Of a DNA stretch of 64,000 nucleotides, positions 1 to 10,149 are shown piece by piece. The notes below the pieces were generated by a model. That model had not been told where the DNA came from and searched no databases. It saw only the letters and a list, made by a program, of their open reading frames with translations. Position numbers and translations under genes: made by a program. Each line of letters opens with the position of its first letter. The stretch's first letter is position 1. Origin of the DNA: Deltaproteobacteria bacterium (lineage in GTDB: Bacteria > Desulfobacterota > Desulfuromonadia > Geobacterales > Pseudopelobacteraceae); contig JAJXUW010000001.1 in the NCBI GenBank assembly GCA_021782545.1, positions 5,652 through 69,651 on the forward strand. Reading direction: 5' to 3'.

Positions 1-1
1 G

Positions 2-142
2 ATCAAGGAGATCACGTTACTCTCCCGTTGCATCTTCGTGGTAGATGCCGCCGATACCATCCGTTACATCCAACAGGTCCCCGAAGTAACCCATGAACCG
101 GATTATGCTGCGGTGTTGGCGGCAGTCAAGGCACTGTTGTAA
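2..142 (+). CDS. tpx: Thiol peroxidase Tpx, 3' end (truncated by window edge)
   Basis: Manual translation IKEITLLSRCIFVVDAADTIRYIQQVPEVTHEPDYAAVLAAVKALL* matches the Tpx C-terminus (LLxRxxFVxD...E.T.EPDY). Confidence 0.85.
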   Translation: MKEITLLSRCIFVVDAADTIRYIQQVPEVTHEPDYAAVLAAVKALL

Positions 143-144
143 GA

Positions 145-1011
145 ATGGCGATACGTCATGCCGTCCTGAACGGCATCACCCTCGTTTTTGATGATGTCGG
201 CAGCGGACCGGCCGTGATGCTGATACACGGCTTTCCGCTCAACCGGCACATGTGGCGATCCCAAGCGGCAATCCTGGTCGCGGCCGGCTATCGGGTCGTC
301 GCTCCTGACCTGCGGGGATTCGGCGACAGCGACGTCACCGAGGGGCCTTGCACGATCGGCCTTCTGGCTGATGACCTGGTTGAGCTACTGGACTACCTGG
401 AGATAGAGCAGGCGGTGGTGGTGGGGATGTCCATGGGCGGCTATCTGCTGTTCAATCTGCTGGAGCGTTTTCCGCAGCGGGTGGCGGCTGCGGTTTTTGT
501 GGTGACCCGCGCCGTGGCCGATGATGCAGCGGGGCGGGCCGGCCGGCGTCAGTTGGCTGATGAGGTGGTCAAATTCGGTCCCCAAGTGGTGGCCGACAGG
601 TTTCAGGAGCTGCTGTTCGCCCCCACGACGGTGACTGAGCGTCCCCGGCTGGCTGAGGAGGTGTACGGCTGGATGGTATCCACCGCCAGCAGCGGACTGG
701 CTGCCGGTCTGCTGGCCATGGGCCAGCGCAGTGATGTCAGCGCAATGCTGCCGGCTATTGCCGTACCTGCCCTGTCCATCGGCGCTGACCAGGATCGGGC
801 CTGCCCCGTGGAACACCCCCGCATGATCGCCGACCGCATACCCGGCTGTCAACTCTGCATCATCCCCGCTGCCGGCCATATGGTCAACCTGGAACAACCG
901 GGTGATTTCAATAACGCCCTGTTGGCCTTTCTGCGGCAGGCAGTCCCCACCCCCCACAACCAGACGGCCCTGGCCTGCGACTGCAGCAGCGACCATACGG
1001 GCGGGATATAG
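145..1011 (+). CDS. Alpha/beta fold hydrolase (enol-lactonase-like)
   Basis: HGFP oxyanion motif, DLRGFG, nucleophile elbow GMSMGG, late AGH catalytic His. Confidence 0.9.
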   Translation: MAIRHAVLNGITLVFDDVGSGPAVMLIHGFPLNRHMWRSQAAILVAAGYRVVAPDLRGFGDSDVTEGPCTIGLLADDLVELLDYLEIEQAVVVGMSMGGYLLFNLLERFPQRVAAAVFVVTRAVADDAAGRAGRRQLADEVVKFGPQVVADRFQELLFAPTTVTERPRLAEEVYGWMVSTASSGLAAGLLAMGQRSDVSAMLPAIAVPALSIGADQDRACPVEHPRMIADRIPGCQLCIIPAAGHMVNLEQPGDFNNALLAFLRQAVPTPHNQTALACDCSSDHTGGI

Positions 1012-1014
1012 CCC

Positions 1015-4000
1015 ATGGCCCCTGTCTCTGCCACCGGTCATTCCCCTCTTAACCGGCTGCCCTGGAGATTGCGGCGTTTCATACAGTTTGCGCTCGACCT
1101 GTACACAAGTTTTACCACCCACCAGGCCCCACTGCGGGCCTCGGCCCTCACCTATACAACGGTACTCTCGCTGGTCCCGTTTCTGGCTATCGCCTTTTCC
1201 GTACTGAAGGGGCTTGGCGTGCAAAACGCCCTGGAACCGGTGCTGTTGCAAGTGGCTGGCGAATCTTCCCGCGAGATCATCGATCGGGTCATCGGCTATG
1301 TCAACAATACCAATGTCAAATCACTTGGTCTGATCGGGCTGGTGACGCTGATGCTCACCGTGATCAGCCTTCTGACGGCTATTGAGGAGGCCTTCAACAG
1401 TATTTTAGGGGTGCGGGCGACCCGTTCACTGCAACGCCGGTTCAGTGACTATCTGAGCGTGGTGGTGGTGGGTCCGTTGTTATTGATGGTGGCCTTCAGC
1501 ATGACCACCACGCTGCAGAGTCAGTGGCTGGTGCAGTGGCTGATCCGGCATACGTTGTTCGGTGAGGCTATCCTGCTGCCGTTTCGACTCATCCCCTACG
1601 TCAGCGTCTGGATAGCCATGACCTTCCTCTACAGCTATCTTCCCAACGCCAAGGTGCCGTTTCGTTCCGCATTGCTGGGTGGCGTGGCGGCCGGTACGGT
1701 CTGGCAGTTCACGCAGTGGGCCTACTTCCACTTTCAGGTGGGGGTGGCCAACTACAACGCCATCTACGGCGCTCTGGCGGCGGTACCGATCTTACTGGTC
1801 TGGATATACACCAGCTGGTTGATTGTGCTGTTCGGCCTGGAACTGGTACGTGTTCATCAGGAGTTGAAGCCGGTTTATCTGCCGCCGCGCCGGGCACCCC
1901 ATCCGCCGCGCCGTCCGGTTGGACGACGTCTGCGGCGGCGGGGCAGGCAGACCAGAACACTGGTGCCGGTGATGCTGGTTGCCCTGCTTATGCCGCTTGT
2001 CACGGCCCGGCCCCTCATGGCCGCCCCGCAAGCCATACGGGTGGTCATGGACGATAAATACCCCCCGTTCAGTTTCAGGGCCCCTGATGGCCAGCTGCAA
2101 GGCATCCTGGTCGATCAATGGCGGTTGTGGGAGCGCTCCACCGGCGTCAAGGTGAAGCTTGCCGCCATGGACTGGGCCGAGGCCCAGCGCCGGATGGACG
2201 CCGGCGAGTATGATGTCATCGACACCCTCTTCAAGACACCGGAACGGGAGCGTAAATACGATTTCACCCCGCCGTATCAGGACCTGGAGGTGCCGGTCTA
2301 TTTTCGTTCAGACATACCGGGCATCAGGGGGGTCTCCTCGTTACAGGGGTTTACCGTGGGGGTCAAGACGGGAGGGGCGATCATCGGCTTTCTGAAACGA
2401 GCCGGTATCGACAACCTGGTTGACTACCCGAGTTATGAGGCCATCGCACAGGCCGCCAAGGCCCACAAGATTACGGTGTTCTCCATGGAGGCACCGCCGG
2501 CAACCTACTTTCTCAACAAATACGGTATCACGGACCAGTTCAGGCGGACGGCCCCGCTGTATACCGGTCAGTTCCGCCGGGCGGTAAAAAAGGGCGATCA
2601 GGCCTTACTGACCGTGGTAAACGAGGGCTTCAGCAAGATTTCACCGGAGGATCTGGCCCGGATCAACCGGCGCTGGTATGGTCAGCCGCCTGAGCAGCGG
2701 GTCAATTGGACCTATCTGCTGATCGGCATCGGCAGCGCTGCCGGCCTGATCCTGCTACTGGGGCTGTCAAACCTCTGGTTGCGGCGCCTGGTCGCCAAGA
2801 GGACGGCCGAGCTGCACAAAAGTGAGGAGCAATACCGGGAGCTGGTGCAGCAGTCTGACAGTATCATCCTGCGCTGGCAGCGGGATGGGACCATCTCCTT
2901 CTTAAATGAGTACGGCTGCCGCTTTTTCGGCTTTACGGCTGATGAACTGCTGGGACGGCATGTCAACGAAACCATACTCCCCGCCCGCCAGGATGACGGC
3001 CTCGACCTCTGGGCGCTGGCCTCGGATATCTTTGCCCAGCCGGAACGGTATCGGACTAACCTGAATCAGAACAGGTGCAAGGATGGCAAGCGGGTATGGA
3101 TATCGTGGAACAACCGTCCGGTCTGCGATGAGACCGGGGGCATAGTGGAAATGGTAAGTGTGGGAAGCGACGTCACGGAGCTGAAGGCGGCCGAGGCTGC
3201 CCTGTGCGACAGCAAACAGGAGCTGGAGCTGGCCCGTCAGCAGGCCGAGGCGGCCAACGAGGCGAAGTCCCTGTTTTTGGCCAACATGAGCCATGAAATC
3301 CGTACCCCGCTGAACGCCGTCATCGGCATCAATTCGTTGCTTTTCGAACGGATCGATGACGGTGAGTTAAAGGAGTTGGCCCGCGATGCCATGGCTGCCG
3401 CCAACAATCTGCTGGATATCATCAGTGATGTGCTGGACCTTTCCAAAATCGAGGCCGGTAAGCTGTCGCTGGTATCGGTGCCCTTTGACCCCCGTCTGGT
3501 GGTAAATCAGCTGGAACGGATGTTCAGCCTGTTGGCCAAGGAGAAGGGAATTCATCTGGAGGTGGCGCTGTCGGCTGCCCTGCCCAGTCCGCTGGCCGGT
3601 GATCCGGCCCGCATCCAGCAGATCGGGGTCAATCTGCTGAGCAACGCCATCAAGTTTACCGACCAGGGGACGGTCAGGCTGGAGATAAGCGGGCGCCCCT
3701 CGGGTGATGGTCGGGTAGAGCTGGCATTGGTGGTCAGAGATTCAGGCAAAGGGATTTCACCAGAGTATCTTGAACGGATATTCAATCCATTTGTACAGGA
3801 GGATCTCTCTACCACGCGCAAATATGGCGGTACCGGTCTGGGCCTGACCATCTCCCGCCGTCTGGCTGAGCTTATGGGGGGCACGTTACATGTCGAGAGC
3901 AGGCTTGGGCAGGGCAGTTCCTTTACCTGTACCGTCCCCTGTACGACCTGCTGTGAACTGCCACAACAAGACCAGAATGTTGCCGTATCCAGGCAACCGC

Positions 4001-4443
4001 ATCGGCCGTTGAAGATACTGGTGGCAGAAGATGCGGTGGTGAACCGCAAGATGATGGAGGCGTTGCTACGGATGGAACGACATCGGGCCCGCTTTGTGGA
4101 AAACGGCCGCGAGGCGGTGGCGGCCTGGCGCGAGGAGCCGTTCGACCTGATCCTGATGGATATCCAGATGCCGGAGATGGATGGCATGCAGGCCACCGCC
4201 GAGATACGGCAGGCCGAGGCGGTCACTGGCGGACACATACCGATCATCGCCCTGACCGCCTATGCCATGAGCGGGGACCGGGAACGTTTCATGGAGGCCG
4301 GCATGGACGGGTATCTTGCCAAACCGATCACCGTTGACCAGTTACGGGAGGTGCTGATGCGTTACAGCCGAGGGAGTGTGGCAGTGCCGGTGTCGACCTG
4401 TGGCACCCAGGAGGCGGGGGTCAACCAGGGGGCAGCCCCGTAA
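1015..4443 (+). CDS. YihY/BrkB membrane domain fused to a hybrid sensor histidine kinase (periplasmic SBP-PAS-HisKA-HATPase-REC)
   Basis: N-terminal ASALTYTTVLSLVP...YGALAAVPILLVWIY (YihY); YPPFSF...G..VD SBP_bac_3; H-box FLANMSHEIRTPLN; NAIKFT; GGTGLGL; REC DLILMDIQMP. Confidence 0.85.
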   Translation: MAPVSATGHSPLNRLPWRLRRFIQFALDLYTSFTTHQAPLRASALTYTTVLSLVPFLAIAFSVLKGLGVQNALEPVLLQVAGESSREIIDRVIGYVNNTNVKSLGLIGLVTLMLTVISLLTAIEEAFNSILGVRATRSLQRRFSDYLSVVVVGPLLLMVAFSMTTTLQSQWLVQWLIRHTLFGEAILLPFRLIPYVSVWIAMTFLYSYLPNAKVPFRSALLGGVAAGTVWQFTQWAYFHFQVGVANYNAIYGALAAVPILLVWIYTSWLIVLFGLELVRVHQELKPVYLPPRRAPHPPRRPVGRRLRRRGRQTRTLVPVMLVALLMPLVTARPLMAAPQAIRVVMDDKYPPFSFRAPDGQLQGILVDQWRLWERSTGVKVKLAAMDWAEAQRRMDAGEYDVIDTLFKTPERERKYDFTPPYQDLEVPVYFRSDIPGIRGVSSLQGFTVGVKTGGAIIGFLKRAGIDNLVDYPSYEAIAQAAKAHKITVFSMEAPPATYFLNKYGITDQFRRTAPLYTGQFRRAVKKGDQALLTVVNEGFSKISPEDLARINRRWYGQPPEQRVNWTYLLIGIGSAAGLILLLGLSNLWLRRLVAKRTAELHKSEEQYRELVQQSDSIILRWQRDGTISFLNEYGCRFFGFTADELLGRHVNETILPARQDDGLDLWALASDIFAQPERYRTNLNQNRCKDGKRVWISWNNRPVCDETGGIVEMVSVGSDVTELKAAEAALCDSKQELELARQQAEAANEAKSLFLANMSHEIRTPLNAVIGINSLLFERIDDGELKELARDAMAAANNLLDIISDVLDLSKIEAGKLSLVSVPFDPRLVVNQLERMFSLLAKEKGIHLEVALSAALPSPLAGDPARIQQIGVNLLSNAIKFTDQGTVRLEISGRPSGDGRVELALVVRDSGKGISPEYLERIFNPFVQEDLSTTRKYGGTGLGLTISRRLAELMGGTLHVESRLGQGSSFTCTVPCTTCCELPQQDQNVAVSRQPHRPLKILVAEDAVVNRKMMEALLRMERHRARFVENGREAVAAWREEPFDLILMDIQMPEMDGMQATAEIRQAEAVTGGHIPIIALTAYAMSGDRERFMEAGMDGYLAKPITVDQLREVLMRYSRGSVAVPVSTCGTQEAGVNQGAAP

Positions 4444-5290
4444 GCAGGTTCTCGCCGTTTTGTTTGCGCAAGGCCGCCGCCAATCCCTCGTCGTCCACCC
4501 GCCGCAGCAGCGAGGTGATCCGCGTGATCGCTTCTTCTGCCAGACCTTCCGGCGAATCTCCCCGTTCGATGGCGTTTGCGGGGTGTATCCAGCGTTGCGG
4601 CCAGCAAATAGCACGTCCCTGTTGCCAGAGAAAATAGGGGTAGAAGAGGTGCTGCCAGCGGTGAAACGGGGTGCCGGGCAGGATGCCGAGCAGTCTTGCC
4701 AGAATCTGCCAGAGCGGTGAACCGTAGCGGGCCTGGCATTGGGCGTGGTGGTGGAGCGCTTCGGCTCTGCTCTCTGCAGGCAACAGTGCCTGTGGGTCGA
4801 AAACGCCGGCCATAACCGCATCCGCCGCCTTGCGGGTGTCGTCATCTAGGAGTTCATCAAGTTCAAGCACTGGCGGGCACTGGCCGCGATGGAGCAGCCA
4901 CAGGTCGAGATCGGTTTCCACCTGATAGTGCCGTCCGATATCGTCGCCTGCCAAGGCATATACAAAGGGGTGAAAGGCGATATCAGCCTCGATATGGGCT
5001 GTGATGCCCAACAGGCACGCCTGTTGGGCCGGCGGCAGATCAGGGGTGCCAGCCAGAAACGTAAGCAGTGGTGTGTAGCTGTGGTTGCGGCAGTCGTGGA
5101 ATTCGTTGGCCAACTGGCGCGCAGTAACGCCATCCGGGCCGTTTATGAGGTGCAAAAGGGAATCAGGCAGCACCGCCCCAACCAGATAGGCCGCGTGATG
5201 CTCTTCGAGCTGCTGACGGACCGGCCGGTCGAGGGGGAGGCGGCGCAGGGCCTCGCTGGCCAGCCACCAGTGGGTGAGTTCCTTAGGCAT
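4421..5290 (-). CDS. Zinc-dependent phospholipase C family protein
   Basis: N-terminal MP...TH, GAVLPD, H, HIEADxxFHPFV, HxxxE metal-ligand pattern. Confidence 0.75.
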   Translation of the reverse strand: MPKELTHWWLASEALRRLPLDRPVRQQLEEHHAAYLVGAVLPDSLLHLINGPDGVTARQLANEFHDCRNHSYTPLLTFLAGTPDLPPAQQACLLGITAHIEADIAFHPFVYALAGDDIGRHYQVETDLDLWLLHRGQCPPVLELDELLDDDTRKAADAVMAGVFDPQALLPAESRAEALHHHAQCQARYGSPLWQILARLLGILPGTPFHRWQHLFYPYFLWQQGRAICWPQRWIHPANAIERGDSPEGLAEEAITRITSLLRRVDDEGLAAALRKQNGENLLTGLPPG

Positions 5291-5410
5291 GGAGCATATC
5301 CTCTGCCGACCGACCGCCTGCCCTGTCGGATTCTTTCGGGCCGCCCCGATGCAGGGCCGTTTGCAGTAACCTGTTCCCCAGACCTCTGGTATGGTTCAAC
5401 ACTGGTATCA

Positions 5411-8400
5411 TCAACCGCCTCCCAACAAAAAATCATCCTTCAGTGTGATAGACCGTTGTGCCGCCAGCCGTTCCAGCAGTTCCCCGGCGCCGGGAAAATC
5501 AAGGCGATCAAGCGCCTCGGAAAGGCGGGCCGCTAGGGCCAGGTCATCGGGAAGCGTCAAGGCCGTTTGCAACTGAGCAACAGCAAGGGGCGCCTGCGGG
5601 TTGTGTGCATGTATCTGCTGATACAGCAGCCGAAGCTGGCTGGTCAGTCCATCCGGTGCCGGCAACTGTTCAGCTGCTGTCAGGGACGGGGCCACAGGGC
5701 CGAGCAGGTCTGCCGCCCCCATCACCGTGGTCAGCTCGTGTTCGAAACGTGCAAACAGCTGCGTGGCCTCCGGGGCGCCCCCCCTTTTCAGGGCGTCCTC
5801 AAGTAGTGCGGCGCTTTGCTGCAGATCATGCGCAAACAGGTTGCCGGCCACCCCTTCAAGTCCGTGCACCAGGCGGGCGGCCGCTGCCAGGTCGGATTCG
5901 GCGATCCGCTGGCCGATCTCCTGGGCGATGCCGCGATGTTCGGCAGCAAATAGGCTGACGAGGCGGATCAGCAACAACCGGTTGTTATTCAGCCGTTCGA
6001 GCAGGCCGGGCATGTCGATACCGGGCAGGCTGTCAGGCAGCGATGGCGACTCCTCACCGGTCCAGACCGTGTGCCTTTGTCCGGCCCATGGTTGTCCGCA
6101 GGCGCTGATATGCCAGCAGAGCAGTTCACCGGCGGTTTCGAGATTGATCGGCTTGGGCAGATAGTCATTCATACCGGCGGCCAGACAGCGTTCGCGTTGT
6201 TCATCGAAGGGGTAGGCGGTCAGGGCGATGATCGGCAGCTGCTGCGCCGAGAACCGTTGCCTGATCAGACGGGTGGCTTCGTAGCCGTCCATGACGGGCA
6301 TCTGAAGATCCATCAGGACGGCGTGCAGGCCGTCACCCTGTTCCTGTACGATGCGCACCGCTTCAGCGCCATGCTGCGCGGTTTCAACCGTCATGCCGTA
6401 TGTTTCGAACAGCTCCTGGATGATCCGCCGGTTGGTCCGGTCACCCTCTACCACCAGCAGACGGTATCCCCGCAGGTTCTGTGTCCGCTGGTCTGCAGCG
6501 GGCAGGGGCGCTCGCCGGGTCCGCTGTTTGCCCTCTGCCGGTCGGCATGCGATCCTGAAGCTGAAGGTACTGCCCTTGCCAGGGCTGCTGACCACGCTGA
6601 TGGTGCCTCCCATCATCTCCACCAGGCGTTTGCAGAGCGAAAGCCCCAGGCCACTGCCGTTACCGGTCCGTGCCGCTGGGCCGTCAGACTGGCCGAACGG
6701 ACGGTAGAGGCTGGCGATGGTCTGTTCGTCCATACCGATGCCGGTATCCTGCACGCTGAACTGTACGAGGTACTGATTGGTATCCGTGTGGGATGTTTCG
6801 CAAGAAATCCGCAGGGATATCTGCCCCCGTTCAGTGAAGGTGATGGCGTTTGACAGCAGATTGGCCAGGATTTGCTCCAGGTGGAGCGGATCTCCGAGGA
6901 ACCAGTCCGGCACACCCTCGGCAATGATCGGCGTCAGGGTAACCGGTCTGGTGCCGAGTGATAGGGTGGCAAGCCCCATGACCCGATCGATGACGTCGCC
7001 CAACAGGAACGGGATCTGCGCAAGGTGTACCTGACCCGCCTCAAGCAGTGAAAGATCGACGAAATCGTTGACGGTGTCCAGCAGGTGGTGCGCCGAGCCG
7101 CTGATGGCCTGCAGGTAGTCGTGCTGTTTGCCGGTCAGCCCGGTCTGCATGGTCAGTTGACTGAGCCCCAGGATGGCATGGAGCGGCGCATTGAGTACAC
7201 CGCGCATGGTTGTAAGGAGGGCGCCCCTGGCGCGGTCGTCGGCCTGTTTCTGCATGGTGATTGCATCGAGGGAGGTACGCAGATCGGAGCGTTCCCGGCC
7301 TTCAGCCTGCAGACGATCATGTAGTTCATCGCTGGAACGCTGCAGCGCCTCATACGCCGTCTGCAGCTCTTGGTTGGCGGTACACTGTTCAGTGCGGTCA
7401 ATCGAGAGCATGGCAAGGTACTCGGCAGTGCCGGTCTGGTTCAAGACGGGGATCAGCTGATGTTCGAATTGGTGGGGTGGCTGGCTCTCGCTGAATCTTA
7501 CCGGCTGGCCGCTGGTGCAGGCCTCGCTGGCCCGCTGGCGGCATTCCTGCGCCAGGTCAGGAGCGAGCAGGCGGTACAGATCACAACCGATCAGTTGGCC
7601 GACAGTCCTGGCCATGCGGCTGGCTGCGGTGCGGTTGGCGGCCATGATGGCCCCCGCACAATCAAGCAGGAGCAGTGATTCCGGGTAGGCGTCAACCAAA
7701 TGCTGCAAGATCGCCAGATCCCGTTCGGCGCCTTTTTCAGCCGCACGTTGTTCGGTTATGTCGTCACCGATGCTGCAGGTGCCGGTGATGGTGCCGTTAC
7801 TGTCGCGTTCGAGGACGCTATGCCAGGATATCCGGCGGCGTTCGCCACGTGCGGTGATGATATCCTGCTCCTGGTCGTGGGCATGGTCACCGGCGGCCAG
7901 CAGCCGGCTGAACACCTCGCGGGCCATTTCAGGTTCCGGGACAAACAGCTCGAACCAGTTTTTGCCGATCACCTCGCTCCGTCTGCGTCCCGTAGCCTGC
8001 ACCAGGTAGTCGTTGCAATAGCTGACGGCACCGTTGCCATCCAGCCGGACAACCAGCAACTGCAGGTTGTCATAGAGCTGGATCAGGCGATATTCCGCCT
8101 CTTTGGCATGTTCCTCCACTTTCTGCCGTGATTCGGCCATCTTGTTGAAGGCGCTGGTCAGTTGGCCGATCTCGCCGCCGGGCGCGATGCCTTCCAGCCG
8201 GTAACTGAGCGTGCCCTTGGCAAGGCCCAACAGCGCATCCCGCACCTTTGACACCGGGCGGGCCAGGGTGCGGTAGAGCAGCAGTGAAAGGCCCACGGGC
8301 CAAACCAGCGCCACCACGAGCAGGAGCAGATTGTGACGGTTGTTTCGGCGCTCTGCCGTCTGTAGGGTCTGGCCGTAAAAGGCGCTGAGTTCCGCGTTGG

Positions 8401-8821
8401 CCTGCTGCAATATGGTGAGTTCGCGGGTGAGTTGGATCAGGTGGCGACTGGAGAGGCTGGTGCCATCGGTTCGGCGGGCCTGGTCAAACAGCCTTCCCAG
8501 GGCGGCCGGGCCTTGGGCCAGGATGGCAAGGTGGCGCTCTTCTTCGGGGTAATGGAAGAGCGCTGCCTGAGGCCTTGGCAGGTCATCGATCCGGTTTTTG
8601 ATCGCCTGCAGGTACAGTTGCGCCTCTTTACCGGCAGGAGCGGGGGGCTCTTGCAGAAACAGGATGAAATCGTTGAGCGCTTTGCCGGAGGGGATGCTGC
8701 TGGCCGCACCGCCGGCCGCCAGAGTGGTTGTCTGATGCGTCTGCACGGCATCCCATGCCGCCCCGGAGAGGCAGAGCAGTGGAACTGCAATCAGCAGCAG
8801 GAGTTGTGCCTTGAGGGACAT
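5411..8821 (-). CDS. Hybrid sensor kinase-like protein (HAMP-PAS-PAS-degenerate HisKA-HATPase-REC-Hpt)
   Basis: HAMP EIGQLTSAFNKM; N box NLLSNAITFT; DTGIGM; GSGLGL; REC LMDLQMP; Hpt VHGLEG. The H-box position reads MRGVLNAPL, with no His. Confidence 0.85.
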   Translation of the reverse strand: MSLKAQLLLLIAVPLLCLSGAAWDAVQTHQTTTLAAGGAASSIPSGKALNDFILFLQEPPAPAGKEAQLYLQAIKNRIDDLPRPQAALFHYPEEERHLAILAQGPAALGRLFDQARRTDGTSLSSRHLIQLTRELTILQQANAELSAFYGQTLQTAERRNNRHNLLLLVVALVWPVGLSLLLYRTLARPVSKVRDALLGLAKGTLSYRLEGIAPGGEIGQLTSAFNKMAESRQKVEEHAKEAEYRLIQLYDNLQLLVVRLDGNGAVSYCNDYLVQATGRRRSEVIGKNWFELFVPEPEMAREVFSRLLAAGDHAHDQEQDIITARGERRRISWHSVLERDSNGTITGTCSIGDDITEQRAAEKGAERDLAILQHLVDAYPESLLLLDCAGAIMAANRTAASRMARTVGQLIGCDLYRLLAPDLAQECRQRASEACTSGQPVRFSESQPPHQFEHQLIPVLNQTGTAEYLAMLSIDRTEQCTANQELQTAYEALQRSSDELHDRLQAEGRERSDLRTSLDAITMQKQADDRARGALLTTMRGVLNAPLHAILGLSQLTMQTGLTGKQHDYLQAISGSAHHLLDTVNDFVDLSLLEAGQVHLAQIPFLLGDVIDRVMGLATLSLGTRPVTLTPIIAEGVPDWFLGDPLHLEQILANLLSNAITFTERGQISLRISCETSHTDTNQYLVQFSVQDTGIGMDEQTIASLYRPFGQSDGPAARTGNGSGLGLSLCKRLVEMMGGTISVVSSPGKGSTFSFRIACRPAEGKQRTRRAPLPAADQRTQNLRGYRLLVVEGDRTNRRIIQELFETYGMTVETAQHGAEAVRIVQEQGDGLHAVLMDLQMPVMDGYEATRLIRQRFSAQQLPIIALTAYPFDEQRERCLAAGMNDYLPKPINLETAGELLCWHISACGQPWAGQRHTVWTGEESPSLPDSLPGIDMPGLLERLNNNRLLLIRLVSLFAAEHRGIAQEIGQRIAESDLAAAARLVHGLEGVAGNLFAHDLQQSAALLEDALKRGGAPEATQLFARFEHELTTVMGAADLLGPVAPSLTAAEQLPAPDGLTSQLRLLYQQIHAHNPQAPLAVAQLQTALTLPDDLALAARLSEALDRLDFPGAGELLERLAAQRSITLKDDFLLGGG

Positions 8822-8939
8822 GGTCTCTCACTTTCAAGCAGTCTTGCTCGCACCTAGTATAGCTCATTTGCGTGGTTCGGCAAGCCTGCCGCTACCTGGC
8901 TTGCGTCAGGGGAGATAAACAGTGTACCATACGGAGAGA

Positions 8940-9542
8940 ATGCACTCGCCCTATTTTACCGCTATAGCGCAGCACCTGGAGGGGCTGCCTGCCGCAGAGG
9001 ATGCCATCTGCGGCGGTCGTAAGCTGGCTGCCGTGGCTATCATCCTGCGGGAAAACGGCCGTGGCCATGAAGTGCTCTTTATCGAGCGTGCGCGCCACCC
9101 GGCTGATCCCTGGTCAGGTGATATCGGATTCCCTGGCGGCCGCAGGGATGGGCGGGACCGAGACCTGCGGCAGACCGCCGAACGGGAGACCCTGGAAGAG
9201 GTGGGTATCGATCTGGGAGAGGCTGCCTATCTGGGGCGGTTGTCCGATGTGGTGGGCGCCAATCTCCCGGTGCGGGTAGCCTGTTTTGTCTATGGGCTGA
9301 TCAGTCCGGTGGAGATGGTGTTCTCCCCTGAGGTCCATGATGCCTTCTGGTTCGGGCTGGATGAACTCTGGGAACCGCACCGCCAGCTGGTGGCGGCTGA
9401 GGTTCGCTTTGGCGAGCGATCTCTCACGGCGCCGGCAATCCGGCTGCACACCAGACGGCCGGTGCTGTGGGGGATCACCTACCGGCTGGTGGGCCAATTC
9501 AGGCAGGTGTGGGAAGATGCGCAAAAGCGGCCTGGAACGTGA
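8940..9542 (+). CDS. NUDIX hydrolase, CoA pyrophosphatase (NudL-like)
   Basis: SGDIGFPGG, Nudix box TAERETLEEVG, WGIT. Start chosen at the ATG following GGAGAG. Confidence 0.85.
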   Translation: MHSPYFTAIAQHLEGLPAAEDAICGGRKLAAVAIILRENGRGHEVLFIERARHPADPWSGDIGFPGGRRDGRDRDLRQTAERETLEEVGIDLGEAAYLGRLSDVVGANLPVRVACFVYGLISPVEMVFSPEVHDAFWFGLDELWEPHRQLVAAEVRFGERSLTAPAIRLHTRRPVLWGITYRLVGQFRQVWEDAQKRPGT

Positions 9543-9567
9543 GGGGCTGCCGCGTTGTCAGCGGGAG

Positions 9568-10149
9568 TCATGCCTTGAACTTGTTTTCCGTCCCCGCCAC
9601 AAGGCGGCTGATGTTGGCGTGGTGTTTGATGATGACAACGGATGCGATCAGCGCTGTGGCGATCAGTAATGCGAGATCGTGGGGCAGGAACCAGATGATG
9701 ATCGGCATGGTGGCGGCGGCGACGATCGAACCGAGTGAGATATAGCGGAATGACACCACCAGGACAACAAAGACGCCTAAGGCCCCCAGCACCGCAAGTG
9801 GGGCGAGGGCCAGGTAGACGCCAAGGGCGGTGGCCACCCCCTTGCCCCCCTTGAACAACAGAAAGAGTGAAAAGACATGGCCCAGAAAGGCTGCCAGGCC
9901 GATCCAGGCCTGCATCGGTCCGGCCAATCCCAGCTTGAATGCCAGAAATACCGGCAGAAACCCTTTCAGGCAGTCGCCTATGAGCGTGAGGATTCCCACC
10001 CTGCGGCCGAGCGTGCGGTAGAGATTGGTGGCGCCGATGTTGCCGCTGCCGGTCGCGCGTACATCAATGCCATAGAGTTTGCCCAGCAAGAGACCGGTAG
10101 GCACTGACCCCAGCAGGTAGGCCCCGACTATCCAGACTGCAGCCGTCAT
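9568..10149 (-). CDS. plsY: Glycerol-3-phosphate acyltransferase PlsY
   Basis: YLLGSVP, GSGNIGATN, FKGGKGVAT, KHxxNIxRL motifs. Confidence 0.95.
   Translation of the reverse strand: MTAAVWIVGAYLLGSVPTGLLLGKLYGIDVRATGSGNIGATNLYRTLGRRVGILTLIGDCLKGFLPVFLAFKLGLAGPMQAWIGLAAFLGHVFSLFLLFKGGKGVATALGVYLALAPLAVLGALGVFVVLVVSFRYISLGSIVAAATMPIIIWFLPHDLALLIATALIASVVIIKHHANISRLVAGTENKFKA

Noticed and set aside
5291-5410. Structured-looking leader with CCGAAAG as a possible c-di-GMP riboswitch
   Set aside because: Lacks the GEMM consensus (GGCAAA...GACGCAAAG) and a proper stem around the GAAA.
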